Assembly (NCBI GenBank): GCA_964291625.2
Contig: OZ220090.1
Location: 448,001-512,000 of the forward strand
Origin: Candidatus Latescibacterota bacterium
Lineage (GTDB): Bacteria > Latescibacterota > UBA2968 > UBA8231
Reading direction: 5' to 3'
DNA length: 64,000 nt
Both the position numbers and the translations under genes were made by a program. The notes under the pieces were generated by a model. That model was not told the origin of the DNA and did no database searches. It saw only the letters and a program-made list of their open reading frames with translations. Of the stretch, positions 9,860-20,259 are shown piece after piece (the stretch's first letter is position 1; each line of letters starts with the position of its first letter).

Positions 9860-10357
9860 TCACTCCGGCGATTCGAGGTCGAGATGCTCCGCCTGAACCC
9901 CGTCCTTGCCGATGGTCAGCATCCCTGCCAGCCGGGGCTTCCCGAATCGCTTGCGCCCGGCGCTGGCCGGGTTGAAGCAGAGGACCGGCGTCCCGGGCGG
10001 ACCCGACTCCTGCAGGAAGGGGATGTGACTGTGGCCGAAGATGACGACCCGGGTGCCCGGCGGCAGCGGGTCCCCGGAGGCCCCGCCGCCGGGCGGCGTG
10101 TAGATGTGGGTCATGTAGATCGAGACGCCGGCGACGGAGAGGCTGATCGACTCGGGGAGGTGTTCGAGACCGGACCCCTCGTCGACGTTGCCCCGTACGG
10201 CGATCACGGGGGAGAGACTGGACAACTCGTCGAGGATCGACGGGTCCCCCACGTCGCCGGCGTGGAGGATGAGATCCACCCCCTCGTAGAGTTGGAGTAC
10301 CCTCGGGTCGAGGAACCCGTGGGTGTCGGAGACGACGCCGGCCCGCAGGCGGCTCAA
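9860..10357 (-). CDS. YfcE-type metallophosphoesterase
   Basis: SDTHG, HAGDVG, RGNVD, FGHSHIP, NPAS; probable TTG start overlapping the upstream stop (alternative ATG at 10372). Confidence 0.85.
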   Translation of the reverse strand: MSRLRAGVVSDTHGFLDPRVLQLYEGVDLILHAGDVGDPSILDELSSLSPVIAVRGNVDEGSGLEHLPESISLSVAGVSIYMTHIYTPPGGGASGDPLPPGTRVVIFGHSHIPFLQESGPPGTPVLCFNPASAGRKRFGKPRLAGMLTIGKDGVQAEHLDLESPE

Positions 10358-11259
10358 GGATCCATGGCGCATCGGAATCCGATGCGCGGTCCCTTGTCGC
10401 GGGGTTTCCCGAAGGCCCGCATGGCGATGCGGATCTGGTGCGAGGGGGACTTGTAGGACCCTCCCTTGACTACCTTCTTCGTACCGGTGGACGGGCCTGG
10501 TGGATCGCGGATCTCCTCCTTCGCTCCGGTGGGGTCCCGGGCTTCCTCCAGCTGGCGGTAGTAGTACACCGCGTACCAGTCCTGGACCCACTCCTCGGCG
10601 TTGCCCGCCATGTCCATGATGCCGAAGGGACTCACCCCGTCGGGATAGGAGCCCACCGGCGCCGTCCACGAATGGCCGTCCTGGTCGTGCCCGGTGCGGG
10701 GGCGGTAGTTGGCCCACCAGATCCCGCCTGAGTAAGGATGCCCGTCGCCCCAGGGGTACTGCCGGTACTCCCTGCCGCGGGCGGCGTACTCCCACTCCGC
10801 CTCGGTGGGCAGGCGCTTCCCCGCCCACCGGCAGTAGGCGTAGGCGTCGTACCAGTTGAGCCCGACGGCCGGCCGCCGGTCCCCGCGCAGATCGTCGTTC
10901 AGGTAGCGCTGCCTGTGCTCCAGGTTCTCCGGCTGATCGGGATGGCTCCACTTGCGGCCGTGGGCGGCGACGCCATCGAGGAATCGCCGGTACTGGGCGT
11001 TGGTCACCTCGTGCTTGTCGAGGTAGTAGCTGCTCAGGTGCACCGCGTGCTCGGGCCTCTCGGCGACATAGGTGAGCAGGTGGCCGTCCGGTGCCTGGCT
11101 GACCTCCTCCTCGCGTCCACCCATGGGAAAGGCGCCCTCCGGGATGAGGACCATCACCGAGCCGTCGTCGGCGGTGATCACGGGGTCGGGCCCGCAGCCG
11201 GGAACGACGAAGCCGGCCAGCAACAGGACCAGGTACCGGAGGCGATGTCCTCCTGTCAT
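10354..11259 (-). CDS. FGE/sulfatase-modifying-factor domain lipoprotein
   Basis: Lipobox-like VPGC; EVTNAQY, RLPTEAEWEYAARG, DMAGNAEEW, IGFRC; AGGAG upstream of MTGG. Confidence 0.85.
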   Translation of the reverse strand: MTGGHRLRYLVLLLAGFVVPGCGPDPVITADDGSVMVLIPEGAFPMGGREEEVSQAPDGHLLTYVAERPEHAVHLSSYYLDKHEVTNAQYRRFLDGVAAHGRKWSHPDQPENLEHRQRYLNDDLRGDRRPAVGLNWYDAYAYCRWAGKRLPTEAEWEYAARGREYRQYPWGDGHPYSGGIWWANYRPRTGHDQDGHSWTAPVGSYPDGVSPFGIMDMAGNAEEWVQDWYAVYYYRQLEEARDPTGAKEEIRDPPGPSTGTKKVVKGGSYKSPSHQIRIAMRAFGKPRDKGPRIGFRCAMDP

Positions 11260-11330
11260 CGTGCGAAGTCTCCTGTGGTTGGTGTTCATCAGGGTGTAGA
11301 ATGACGGCCCGCCCTCCGGTTCCCGAAAGG

Positions 11331-12770
11331 CTACCATCCGAGGCGCTCCCGAAGGGGAATCGGACGGCCGGAGTCGTCGGAGAGTCGGGACGCCGGGGAG
11401 GAGGCGCGGGTGAGGCGGCTTGCCGCTGCCAGGACCACGAGGGCGGGGAGGACGGCGAGCAGGTCGGGGGGCCATCCTGGGGGAAGGGCGAACATGAAGA
11501 GGATCCAGGAGGCGAAGCCGGCGAGGATCGCGGCGAGGGACCCGACGGCGTTCGCCCCTTTCCACCAGATGCCGGCGGTGAGGGGCACGAAGAGGGTGGC
11601 GAGCAGCACCGACCAGGAATCGACCATCAGATCGTAGACCGAGGTCCGGTGCAGGGCCAGCAGGAGCGCGAACACCCCGAGGACGACGACGGAGAGGCGA
11701 GAGGCCAGCAGACAGGTCCTCTCCGCGACCCGGGGCCGCAGCGCCCGGAGCAGATCCCAGCCGATCACGCTCGAAGGCGCCAGCAGGGCGCTGTCGGCGC
11801 TGGACAACAGGGCCGAGACCAGGGCGCCCATGAACAGCACCAGCGCCGCGGTCGGCAGGTACCGCTGGGCGATCTCCATCATCACCAGGTCGGGATCCGC
11901 CAGGTCGGGGATGAGGACGGCGCCCGCCATGCCGAGGAGGACCGGCAGCAGGCCGACGGTCAGGTAGATCAGCCCCGACAGGTAGGCGCTGCGCACGGCG
12001 ACGCGGTCGTCTCGGCTCGACAGGCTGCGCTGGATCAGGTCCTGGCCCGCGAGGTTCCCGAGGCCGATGACGAGCCACTCGCGGGCATAGCCGAACCACT
12101 CGGTGGCGCCGGCATCCCGGGGATAGAGGTGAAAGCGCTCCTCTGGAATCCGAGCGGCGATCGCCGACCACCCCCCCATGTCGTGCAGGAGCAGAGGCGT
12201 GATCACGACCATGCCGGCGATGAGCACGGAGAGCTGCACGAGGTCGGTCAGGGTCACGGCCCACATGCCGCCGGCGAAGGTGTAGACCAGGACCACGGCG
12301 GCTCCCACCAGGATCGCCACCGTGGGATCCAGGCCGGTGAGAGACTCCAGGATGCGGCCGAAGGCGACCATGAGAGCCGCCACCCACCCCACGTAGGCCG
12401 GCACCGTGCACACGCTGGCCAGCAGGCCGGAGCGCACGTCGAAGCGGTGCGTGAAGAAGGAGGCCACGGTCATCACCCCGGCGCGCCGCAGGGCCCGGAG
12501 GTAGAAGGCCCCGGCCAGGAAGAGGCACAGGGCGGCGCCGAAGGGATCGGCGATGACGGCGAGAAAGCCGCCCTCGTAGGCGGCGCTGGCGGCGCCGATG
12601 CACAGGCCGCCGCCGAACCACGTCGCCGACAGCGTCGCCGTCGCCAGCGGCAGCGACAGCCTTCGGCCGGCCACCAGGTAGTCGGCGGAGCCTGCGACGC
12701 GGCGGCTGGCGTAGATGCCGACGGCGAGCATCACCAGCAGATACAGGCCCAGGCCGGTCATCACGATCAT
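11331..12770 (-). CDS. Sodium:solute symporter (SSS), choline-transporter-like
   Basis: DYLVAGRRL, ATWFGGG, YTFAGGMWAVTLTDLVQ, QDLIQR, SALLSSADSALL; many TM segments. Confidence 0.9.
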   Translation of the reverse strand: MIVMTGLGLYLLVMLAVGIYASRRVAGSADYLVAGRRLSLPLATATLSATWFGGGLCIGAASAAYEGGFLAVIADPFGAALCLFLAGAFYLRALRRAGVMTVASFFTHRFDVRSGLLASVCTVPAYVGWVAALMVAFGRILESLTGLDPTVAILVGAAVVLVYTFAGGMWAVTLTDLVQLSVLIAGMVVITPLLLHDMGGWSAIAARIPEERFHLYPRDAGATEWFGYAREWLVIGLGNLAGQDLIQRSLSSRDDRVAVRSAYLSGLIYLTVGLLPVLLGMAGAVLIPDLADPDLVMMEIAQRYLPTAALVLFMGALVSALLSSADSALLAPSSVIGWDLLRALRPRVAERTCLLASRLSVVVLGVFALLLALHRTSVYDLMVDSWSVLLATLFVPLTAGIWWKGANAVGSLAAILAGFASWILFMFALPPGWPPDLLAVLPALVVLAAASRLTRASSPASRLSDDSGRPIPLRERLGW

Positions 12771-12776
12771 GGCGGC

Positions 12777-12782
12777 ATTATA
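12777..12782 (-). promoter_or_regulatory. -10 element (TATAAT) of a probably leaderless SSS transcript
   Basis: Minus strand reads TATAAT-gccgcc-ATG; no Shine-Dalgarno. Confidence 0.55.
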
Positions 12783-12983
12783 AGAAAACCGGGGACCGGG
12801 CCGCAGGGCTCCCGGCCCGTCACGCCGGGGGCCGTTGGCGGGAGCCGCCATCCACTGGCGGCCGGGCCGGCGGCTCCCGCCGATTCCGGATCTCACACAA
12901 CTGCGGTTCGAGCCCGGGTAGTAGTGGATAATCTATTGAGGCAGAGGAGATTAGATGCCCCACCAGACTACTCTCCCCGCTTC

Positions 12984-13000
12984 CTGGCACCCCTCTTGCA
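12984..13000 (+). promoter_or_regulatory. Sigma54 (-24/-12) promoter of the pspA operon
   Basis: CTGGCAC-ccctc-TTGCA with GG (12986-87) and GC (12998-99) at canonical spacing, 90 bp before pspA; sigma54 activator in the same operon. Confidence 0.85.
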
Positions 13001-13089
13001 GGGCAGAAGCCGGATCCCGCACTCCTCGGTGGAGGGGGAGGCACGGAAGGGTTAGTTTTCCACAACCCAGGCTACGAGAGAGACGAGCG

Positions 13090-13785
13090 ATGGCAAAGGG
13101 CATGTTCGCGCGCATGGCAGACATCCTGCGGTCCAACATCAACGAGGCCCTCGACCGCGCCGAAGAGCCCGAGAAGCTCATCCGGCAGATGATCCGCGAG
13201 ATGGAGGAGGCGGTGAACAAGGCCACCGCCTCGGTAGGCACGGCCGTGGCCAACCAGAAGCGGCTGGAACGTCAGCACGACGAGCGCACCGCCCAGTGCG
13301 AGGAGTGGCAGCGCCGGGCCGAGCGCGCCGTGGAAGCCGGCGAGGACGACCTGGCCCGGCGGGCCCTCGAGCGCCGGGCGGTCCTGCAACAGGCCGCCGC
13401 CGATCTGGCGCCGGCCCTGGAGGAGAGCCGCCGCACGGCGGAGCAGCTGCGCGAGCAACTGCGGGAGCTGAAGGGCAAGCTCGAGGAGGCCCGGACGCGC
13501 CAGGGTACTCTCATGGCCCGCCATCGGGCCGCCGAAGCCCGCAAACGCCTGGCGCAGTCGATGCACGGTCTCGGAGAGGACGCCTTCTCCAGCTTCGAGC
13601 GCTTCGAGCAGCGGGTGGAGAACACCGAGGCCGAAGCCGAGGCCCACGCCGAGGTCGCCGATGACCTGGGCGAGGTGGAGCGGCGCGTGCGGGACATGGA
13701 CCGGACGGCGGCGGTGGAAGATGAACTGAAGGCCCTCAAGGACCGGCTCCTGCGCGAGCGCGAGCAGGCTTCGGGGAGCGCGTGA
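13090..13785 (+). CDS. pspA: Phage shock protein A (PspA/IM30 family)
   Basis: MFARMADILRSNINEALDRAEEPEKLIRQMIREME; AGEDDLARRAL; FERFEQRV; VEDELKALK. Confidence 0.95.
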   Translation: MAKGMFARMADILRSNINEALDRAEEPEKLIRQMIREMEEAVNKATASVGTAVANQKRLERQHDERTAQCEEWQRRAERAVEAGEDDLARRALERRAVLQQAAADLAPALEESRRTAEQLREQLRELKGKLEEARTRQGTLMARHRAAEARKRLAQSMHGLGEDAFSSFERFEQRVENTEAEAEAHAEVADDLGEVERRVRDMDRTAAVEDELKALKDRLLREREQASGSA

Positions 13786-13789
13786 GGGA

Positions 13790-14260
13790 GTGAGACGGAT
13801 GGGACCCCCCTTGGAGGGATGGCTCCGGCGCGCGGGATCGCTGCTGTTCAGGGCGGGGTCGGTCCTGCTCCTGGCGGTGGGCCTGGGACTGATCCTCTAC
13901 GGGATGGGTCAGCGCATCGATCACGACGACTGGCAGGAGCCGCTGTCCATCGGGGTCCCCGTCTTCGCCCTCGGGGCCGCGGCCTGGTTCTGCTCGGGCC
14001 GCCTCGCCGCCTCCGCCCGGCAGGCGCGCGCCCGGCGCATGGAGAACCGCATCCTGCGGCTGGCGCGCGAGCGCTTCGGCCGGCTCACGGTCATCGAGGC
14101 CGCGGTCGAGACCGGACTCACCGCCGCCGAGACCGAGTCGATTCTGCGGGGCCTGGCCGATGGCGGATTCGTGGAGATCGAGGTCAACGAGGCCGGGGTC
14201 ATGAGCTACCGTTTCCCCGAGGTCATCTACTCGTCGAGAGGCGAACGTTCCGCCCTGTAG
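13790..14260 (+). CDS. 2-TM membrane protein with C-terminal winged-helix-like domain (psp-associated)
   Basis: Two hydrophobic helices, then ILRLARERFGRLTVIEAAVETGLTAAETESILRGL...GVMSYRF. Confidence 0.7.
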   Translation: MRRMGPPLEGWLRRAGSLLFRAGSVLLLAVGLGLILYGMGQRIDHDDWQEPLSIGVPVFALGAAAWFCSGRLAASARQARARRMENRILRLARERFGRLTVIEAAVETGLTAAETESILRGLADGGFVEIEVNEAGVMSYRFPEVIYSSRGERSAL

Positions 14261-14285
14261 GACAGCCCCGAAAGGACTGCCCCCC

Positions 14286-14642
14286 ATGAGGATTCCGACG
14301 ATTTTCCACTGGCCCACGCCATGGCTCTGGATCGGCCTGACAATATTGCTGGTCGGACTGGTGGGCGATTCCCCGGTCCTGGCGATCGCCGCCGTGATCA
14401 TTCTCGCCGCAACCCTCGCCCACGTCGCCAGGGGGAAGGCCGGGCGGACGCGTCCGGAGGCCCCCGGGCACGACGCACCGGCCGGGGAGCCCGGGGAGCT
14501 TGACCGGCGCCTCACCGAGATCGAGCGGCGTCTCACCGACACGCAGGACGTGATGATCGCCCTCAGCGAGAAGATGGACCGCTGGGAGCGGGAGGGTGTG
14601 TCCCGGGCCCCGGACGGGGCCGCCGCCGGAGGGAGGGAGTAA
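14286..14642 (+). CDS. Small membrane protein with C-terminal coiled coil (PspB-like architecture)
   Basis: N-terminal hydrophobic hairpin; LDRRLTEIERRLTDTQDVMIALSEKMDRWE; AAAGGA RBS. Confidence 0.7.
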   Translation: MRIPTIFHWPTPWLWIGLTILLVGLVGDSPVLAIAAVIILAATLAHVARGKAGRTRPEAPGHDAPAGEPGELDRRLTEIERRLTDTQDVMIALSEKMDRWEREGVSRAPDGAAAGGRE

Positions 14643-15012
14643 TGCTCGCAAGGATCTTCGCCGGGGGCCTGCTGCTTCTGGGCGCCGCTTTCGCACTCAG
14701 CCTTCTCATGGGCGCCTTCCCGACGTTCATCCTCCTCCCCTGGGATGGATTCCATGGCCCTCCGGGTTGGTTCGGTGTCTCGGGCTGGTTCGGTGACGCC
14801 CTCGGGGCCATGGTCCTGGTGACCCTCTTCGGCCTTCTGCTCAATGGGGGATACTGGATCCACGTTCATCTCGAGGATCGGCGGGCGCGCACGAAGGGTG
14901 CCCTGGCCGAAGGAGAGATCGCCAGGCGGTTGGACGAGGTCGAGGCCCGCACCCGGGACGTCCTCGACGTGATGATCGCCCTGAGCGAGAAACTGGACCG
15001 CTGGGAGCGGGA
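14547..15012 (+). repeat. 47-bp near-identical direct repeat (14547-14593 and 14966-15012) in two adjacent paralogues
   Basis: gacgtgatgatcgccct(c/g)agcgagaa(ga/ac)tggaccgctgggagcggga; 3 mismatches. Confidence 0.85.
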
Positions 15013-15052
15013 AGGCGCGCCCGCCGCCGCCGACCGCACCGCCGCGCACTGA
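14642..15052 (+). CDS. Paralogous small membrane protein with C-terminal coiled coil
   Basis: TAATG coupling; GGAGGGAG RBS; IARRLDEVEARTRDVLDVMIALSEKLDRWE. Confidence 0.7.
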   Translation: MLARIFAGGLLLLGAAFALSLLMGAFPTFILLPWDGFHGPPGWFGVSGWFGDALGAMVLVTLFGLLLNGGYWIHVHLEDRRARTKGALAEGEIARRLDEVEARTRDVLDVMIALSEKLDRWEREGAPAAADRTAAH

Positions 15053-15064
15053 GGAGGCGCGATC

Positions 15065-15211
15065 ATGCTTGTCAGAATACTCGGGGCGGCCCTGCTGGCC
15101 GTGGGCGTCGTCCTCGCTCTGGACATGCTGCTGGGGGTGCTCTGGTCGATTCTCTCGGTCGCTTTCGTCGCCGCCCTCGTCTGGGGCGGATGGAGACTGC
15201 TGAAGTCGTGA
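15065..15211 (+). CDS. 48-aa hydrophobic microprotein (not in ORF track)
   Basis: GAGGAGG RBS; MLVRILGAALLAVGVVLALDMLLGVLWSILSVAFVAALVWGGWRLLKS*; stop overlaps the kinase GTG (GTGA). Confidence 0.75.
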   Translation: MLVRILGAALLAVGVVLALDMLLGVLWSILSVAFVAALVWGGWRLLKS

Positions 15212-16622
15212 CCTCCGCGGCCTCGGCTGGCCGGGGGGCCCTGGAGGAGGGGCGCCAACTCTTCCGCCAGGGCCGTCATCCCGAGGCCCGCGAGATCCTC
15301 CAGCGGGCCCTGGAGCCCGCCTCGGAGGGGCCCCGCGGGAGCGAGGCCGGCGAGATGCTCTTCCTTCGAGGGATGTGCCACCTGCAGGAAGGCGCGGAGG
15401 CCGACGGCGTGGAGGACCTGGAAGCGGCCGCCGGCCAGGGCTGGCTGGAGGCGCGGTTCCAGCTCGCCCAGTACTACGCCGGCAAGGGCCGGCGCGGCGA
15501 CCTGCGTCGGCGGGCCATCTCCCACCTCCGGCAGGTCCTCGCGGCCGACGCCGACGATCCCAGTCTCGCCGCCGGCCGGGACCGTGTCTGCTTCGCCCTG
15601 GGCGGCCTCTACGCGGAGGGCGACGAGCCCGGCGACGTCGACCGCGGCATCGCCGCCTACCGTCAGGGCCTCTCCGTCAACCCCCTCTCCGCCGTCGGGC
15701 ACAATAGCCTGGGGCAGCTCCTGATGCGCTTCGAGCCCCTCGGCGCCCTCGGCGAGTTGAAGGTGGCCCTGCAGCTGGACCCGGACCTCCGGGCCGCCTG
15801 CGGCAACCTCGCCCGGCTCCTGGTCGAGCGCATCCCGCCGCAAGAGCTGGCCGCCGAGTACGCCCGCATCGTCGAGGAGTTCGAGGATCGGGCCCCCCAC
15901 GTGCTCGCCCGTCTGTCCCAGGAACTGGTCGAGCTGGGGAGGGAGCAGGCCTATCGCGGCCTGTACACCAAGGGCCACCAGCTGAAGAACCTGATCGGCG
16001 TCGTGGGCAGCCGGCTGCGGCGGCTGACCCGGAAGCTGCCTGCCGACGACGGCGCGGCCGAGGAGTTGCGCCAGGTCGAGCAGGAGCACGGTCGCCTCTA
16101 CGAGGAATGGGTGGGCTATCTGTCGGCCATGACGCCCGACCGGGTCGTCACCGGCCTGGTCGATCCCGCCCGGGTCGCCCGCCGGGTGGTGGAAGCCCTC
16201 GGCGCCGACACGCAGGTCGCGTTGGGGATGCGTGTCCAGGAGGGGGTGCCGCGGATCGAGGCGGACGAGCGCCTGCTCCGGGAGGCGGTGACCAATCTGT
16301 GCCTCAACGCCATCCAGGCCGTCTCCGGAGAGGCCTCGCCGGGGGAGGTCTCCGTCGGCGTCGGTTTCGATGTCGACGGGGTGTTCATCGAGGTGGAGGA
16401 TTCCGGGCCGGGCATCCCCGCCGACGTGATCGACCACGTCTTCGATCCGGGGTTCACCACCCGGAGCCAGGGCAACGGCTACGGTCTCGCCATCGCCCAG
16501 CGGATCGCCCAGGCCCACCACGGCGACCTCCGGGTCAAGAGCCGCGTCGGCCGAGGCACCGTGTTCCGCCTCGACCTGCCGGTCAACTACGACGCCGAAA
16601 GCCGGGTCGGCGGGGAGATCCT

Positions 16623-16626
<4 letters not shown>
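15208..16626 (+). CDS. Soluble TPR-repeat sensor histidine kinase
   Basis: TPR-like helices; H-box GHQLKN; N-box NLCLNAIQA; EDSGPGI, FDPGFTT, GNGYGL; no obvious TM; alternative ATG at 15190. Confidence 0.9.
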
Positions 16627-18047
<1,421 letters not shown>

Positions 18048-18203
18048 TCTTCTGCGCGGCTGCGCGGCAAGGTCAGGGCGCGCCCCGCCGCGGTGCGTTC
18101 TCGGCAGTCCAGACCCCGGGCGGGTCTCACACCTTGACGTTGGTCCTCCTGGCGCCTTCTTAGCGGGGGTGCCGCCGCAGTGCCTCCAACCGCGTAGAGA
18201 GCG

Positions 18204-18521
18204 ATGATGGAGAAGCAGTTCAGGGTCGAGACCTTCCTCGCGGGCGACCTGGCCGAGCTCTACGAAGCCGTCATGGAGCAGTTCGAGGTCTCCGGCTCCT
18301 CGAGCTTGTCCGAGATGAACCGGGCGCTGCTGCGGACCGGGCTGCTGCTGCACCTGACGATGCTGACCTCCATGGGTGCGGTCTCCGACGAGCAGCGCCG
18401 ACTCCGGTTGGAGGAACTGGCCGAGAGGGTGGGCCGGGAGAACCTGATGTGGGAGGTCGTGGAGCTCGCCCGGCGCCACTGGAAGGAGGGGGGGGCCGGC
18501 AGCGTCGACCTGCAGGCCTAG
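18204..18521 (+). CDS. Hypothetical protein, 105 aa, predicted helical
   Basis: Clean ORF with GC-rich third positions filling the intergenic gap; no recognised motif. Confidence 0.6.
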   Translation: MMEKQFRVETFLAGDLAELYEAVMEQFEVSGSSSLSEMNRALLRTGLLLHLTMLTSMGAVSDEQRRLRLEELAERVGRENLMWEVVELARRHWKEGGAGSVDLQA

Positions 18522-18594
18522 AAGGCGCCTCAGGACTCTTGTGCACATAGCATAACATGCTGAATTGACTGAAGTTACGATAGCCACATGCAAT

Positions 18595-18623
18595 TTGACA
18601 GGGGGGGGCCGGGCCCGTACATT
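18595..18623 (+). promoter_or_regulatory. Sigma70-type promoter upstream of iscU-sodA
   Basis: TTGACA-17 nt-TACATT, preceded by an AT-richer tract. Confidence 0.7.
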
Positions 18624-18650
18624 CCTGCCACTTGGATAGGATTGTCCTCC

Positions 18651-19019
18651 ATGTCCGAAGCCTACAACGAGACCGTCCTCGACCACTACCGGAACCCCCG
18701 CAATGTGGGCGTTCTCAAAAACGCTCACGCTGTCGGCAAGGCGGAGAACTCGGCTTGCGGAGACGTTCTCCACCTCTATCTGGCCATCGACCGAGACCGG
18801 GTGGTCGACTCGCGCTTCCAGACCTTCGGATGCGCGGCCGCCATCGCCGCCGGCTCGAGGCTGACCGAGATGGTCACCGGCGCCACTCTCGACGAGGTGC
18901 GCGCCATCCGCCGCCGGGACGTGGTCGAGGCCCTCGGCGGACTGCCGCCGATGAAGGTCCATTGCTCGGTTCTGGCCGAGGACGCCCTTCGCGCCGCACT
19001 CGAAGCGTACGAGCACTGA
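18651..19019 (+). CDS. iscU: Fe-S cluster scaffold IscU/NifU-N
   Basis: VLDHYRNPRNVG, ACGD, FGCAAAIA, LPPMKVHCS. Confidence 0.9.
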   Translation: MSEAYNETVLDHYRNPRNVGVLKNAHAVGKAENSACGDVLHLYLAIDRDRVVDSRFQTFGCAAAIAAGSRLTEMVTGATLDEVRAIRRRDVVEALGGLPPMKVHCSVLAEDALRAALEAYEH

Positions 19020-19064
19020 AGCTCCCGGAATGCAACCAACAACCTCCACGAAAGGACGACTTCC

Positions 19065-19679
<615 letters not shown>

Positions 19680-19685
19680 GCCCGG

Positions 19686-19713
19686 CGCCGGGAGCCCGCC
19701 CGGGTTCCCGGCG
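19686..19713 (+). terminator. Stem-loop after sodA
   Basis: cgccgggagccc/gggttcccggcg inverted repeat; no U-tract. Confidence 0.45.
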
Positions 19714-19760
19714 ATCACCCATCGGCGGCCTCGCGCCGCCTCACGAGAAAAGGGCTTGCC

Positions 19761-20225
19761 ATGGCGATCCATCCCGGTGATCCGGCTCCGGATTTCACCC
19801 TGAAGAACACGGACCTGGAGGAGGTGACCCTCTCCTCCCTCCGGGGCCGAAACGTCGTCCTCCTGTTCGTGCCCCTGGCCTTCACCGGCGTATGCACACA
19901 GGAGTTCTGCGAGGTATCCCGCGGGATCTCGGACTACTCCGCCCTCGACGCCGAGGTTCTCGGCATCAGCGTCGACAGCCCCTTCGCGCAGAAGGCCTGG
20001 GCCGAGCAGGAGGGGATCACCATCTCCCTTCTGAGCGATTTCAACAGGGAGGTCTGTGGCGCCTACGGTGCCCGGTACGAGGATCTGCTGGGCATGGTCG
20101 GCGTGGCCAAGCGTTCGGCCTTCGTCATCGACAAGGAGGGGACCGTGCGTTACGCCTCCGTCTCCGATGACGCCAAGGTCCTGCCCGACTTCGAGGCGGT
20201 GAAGGCCTGCCTCGAGTCCTTGTAG
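19761..20225 (+). CDS. Peroxiredoxin (AhpC/TSA, AhpE-like)
   Basis: APDFTL; PLAFTGVCTQEFC (PxxxTxxC); GISVDS; RSAFVIDKEG. Confidence 0.9.
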   Translation: MAIHPGDPAPDFTLKNTDLEEVTLSSLRGRNVVLLFVPLAFTGVCTQEFCEVSRGISDYSALDAEVLGISVDSPFAQKAWAEQEGITISLLSDFNREVCGAYGARYEDLLGMVGVAKRSAFVIDKEGTVRYASVSDDAKVLPDFEAVKACLESL

Positions 20226-20259
20226 TCGCAGGAACCTTCCCAAGGCCCAGGCCAAGCAG

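Noticed and set aside
14547-15012. Direct repeat as CRISPR or DGR template/variable repeat
   Set aside because: Only two in-frame coding copies, mismatches not adenine-specific, and no cas or reverse transcriptase gene
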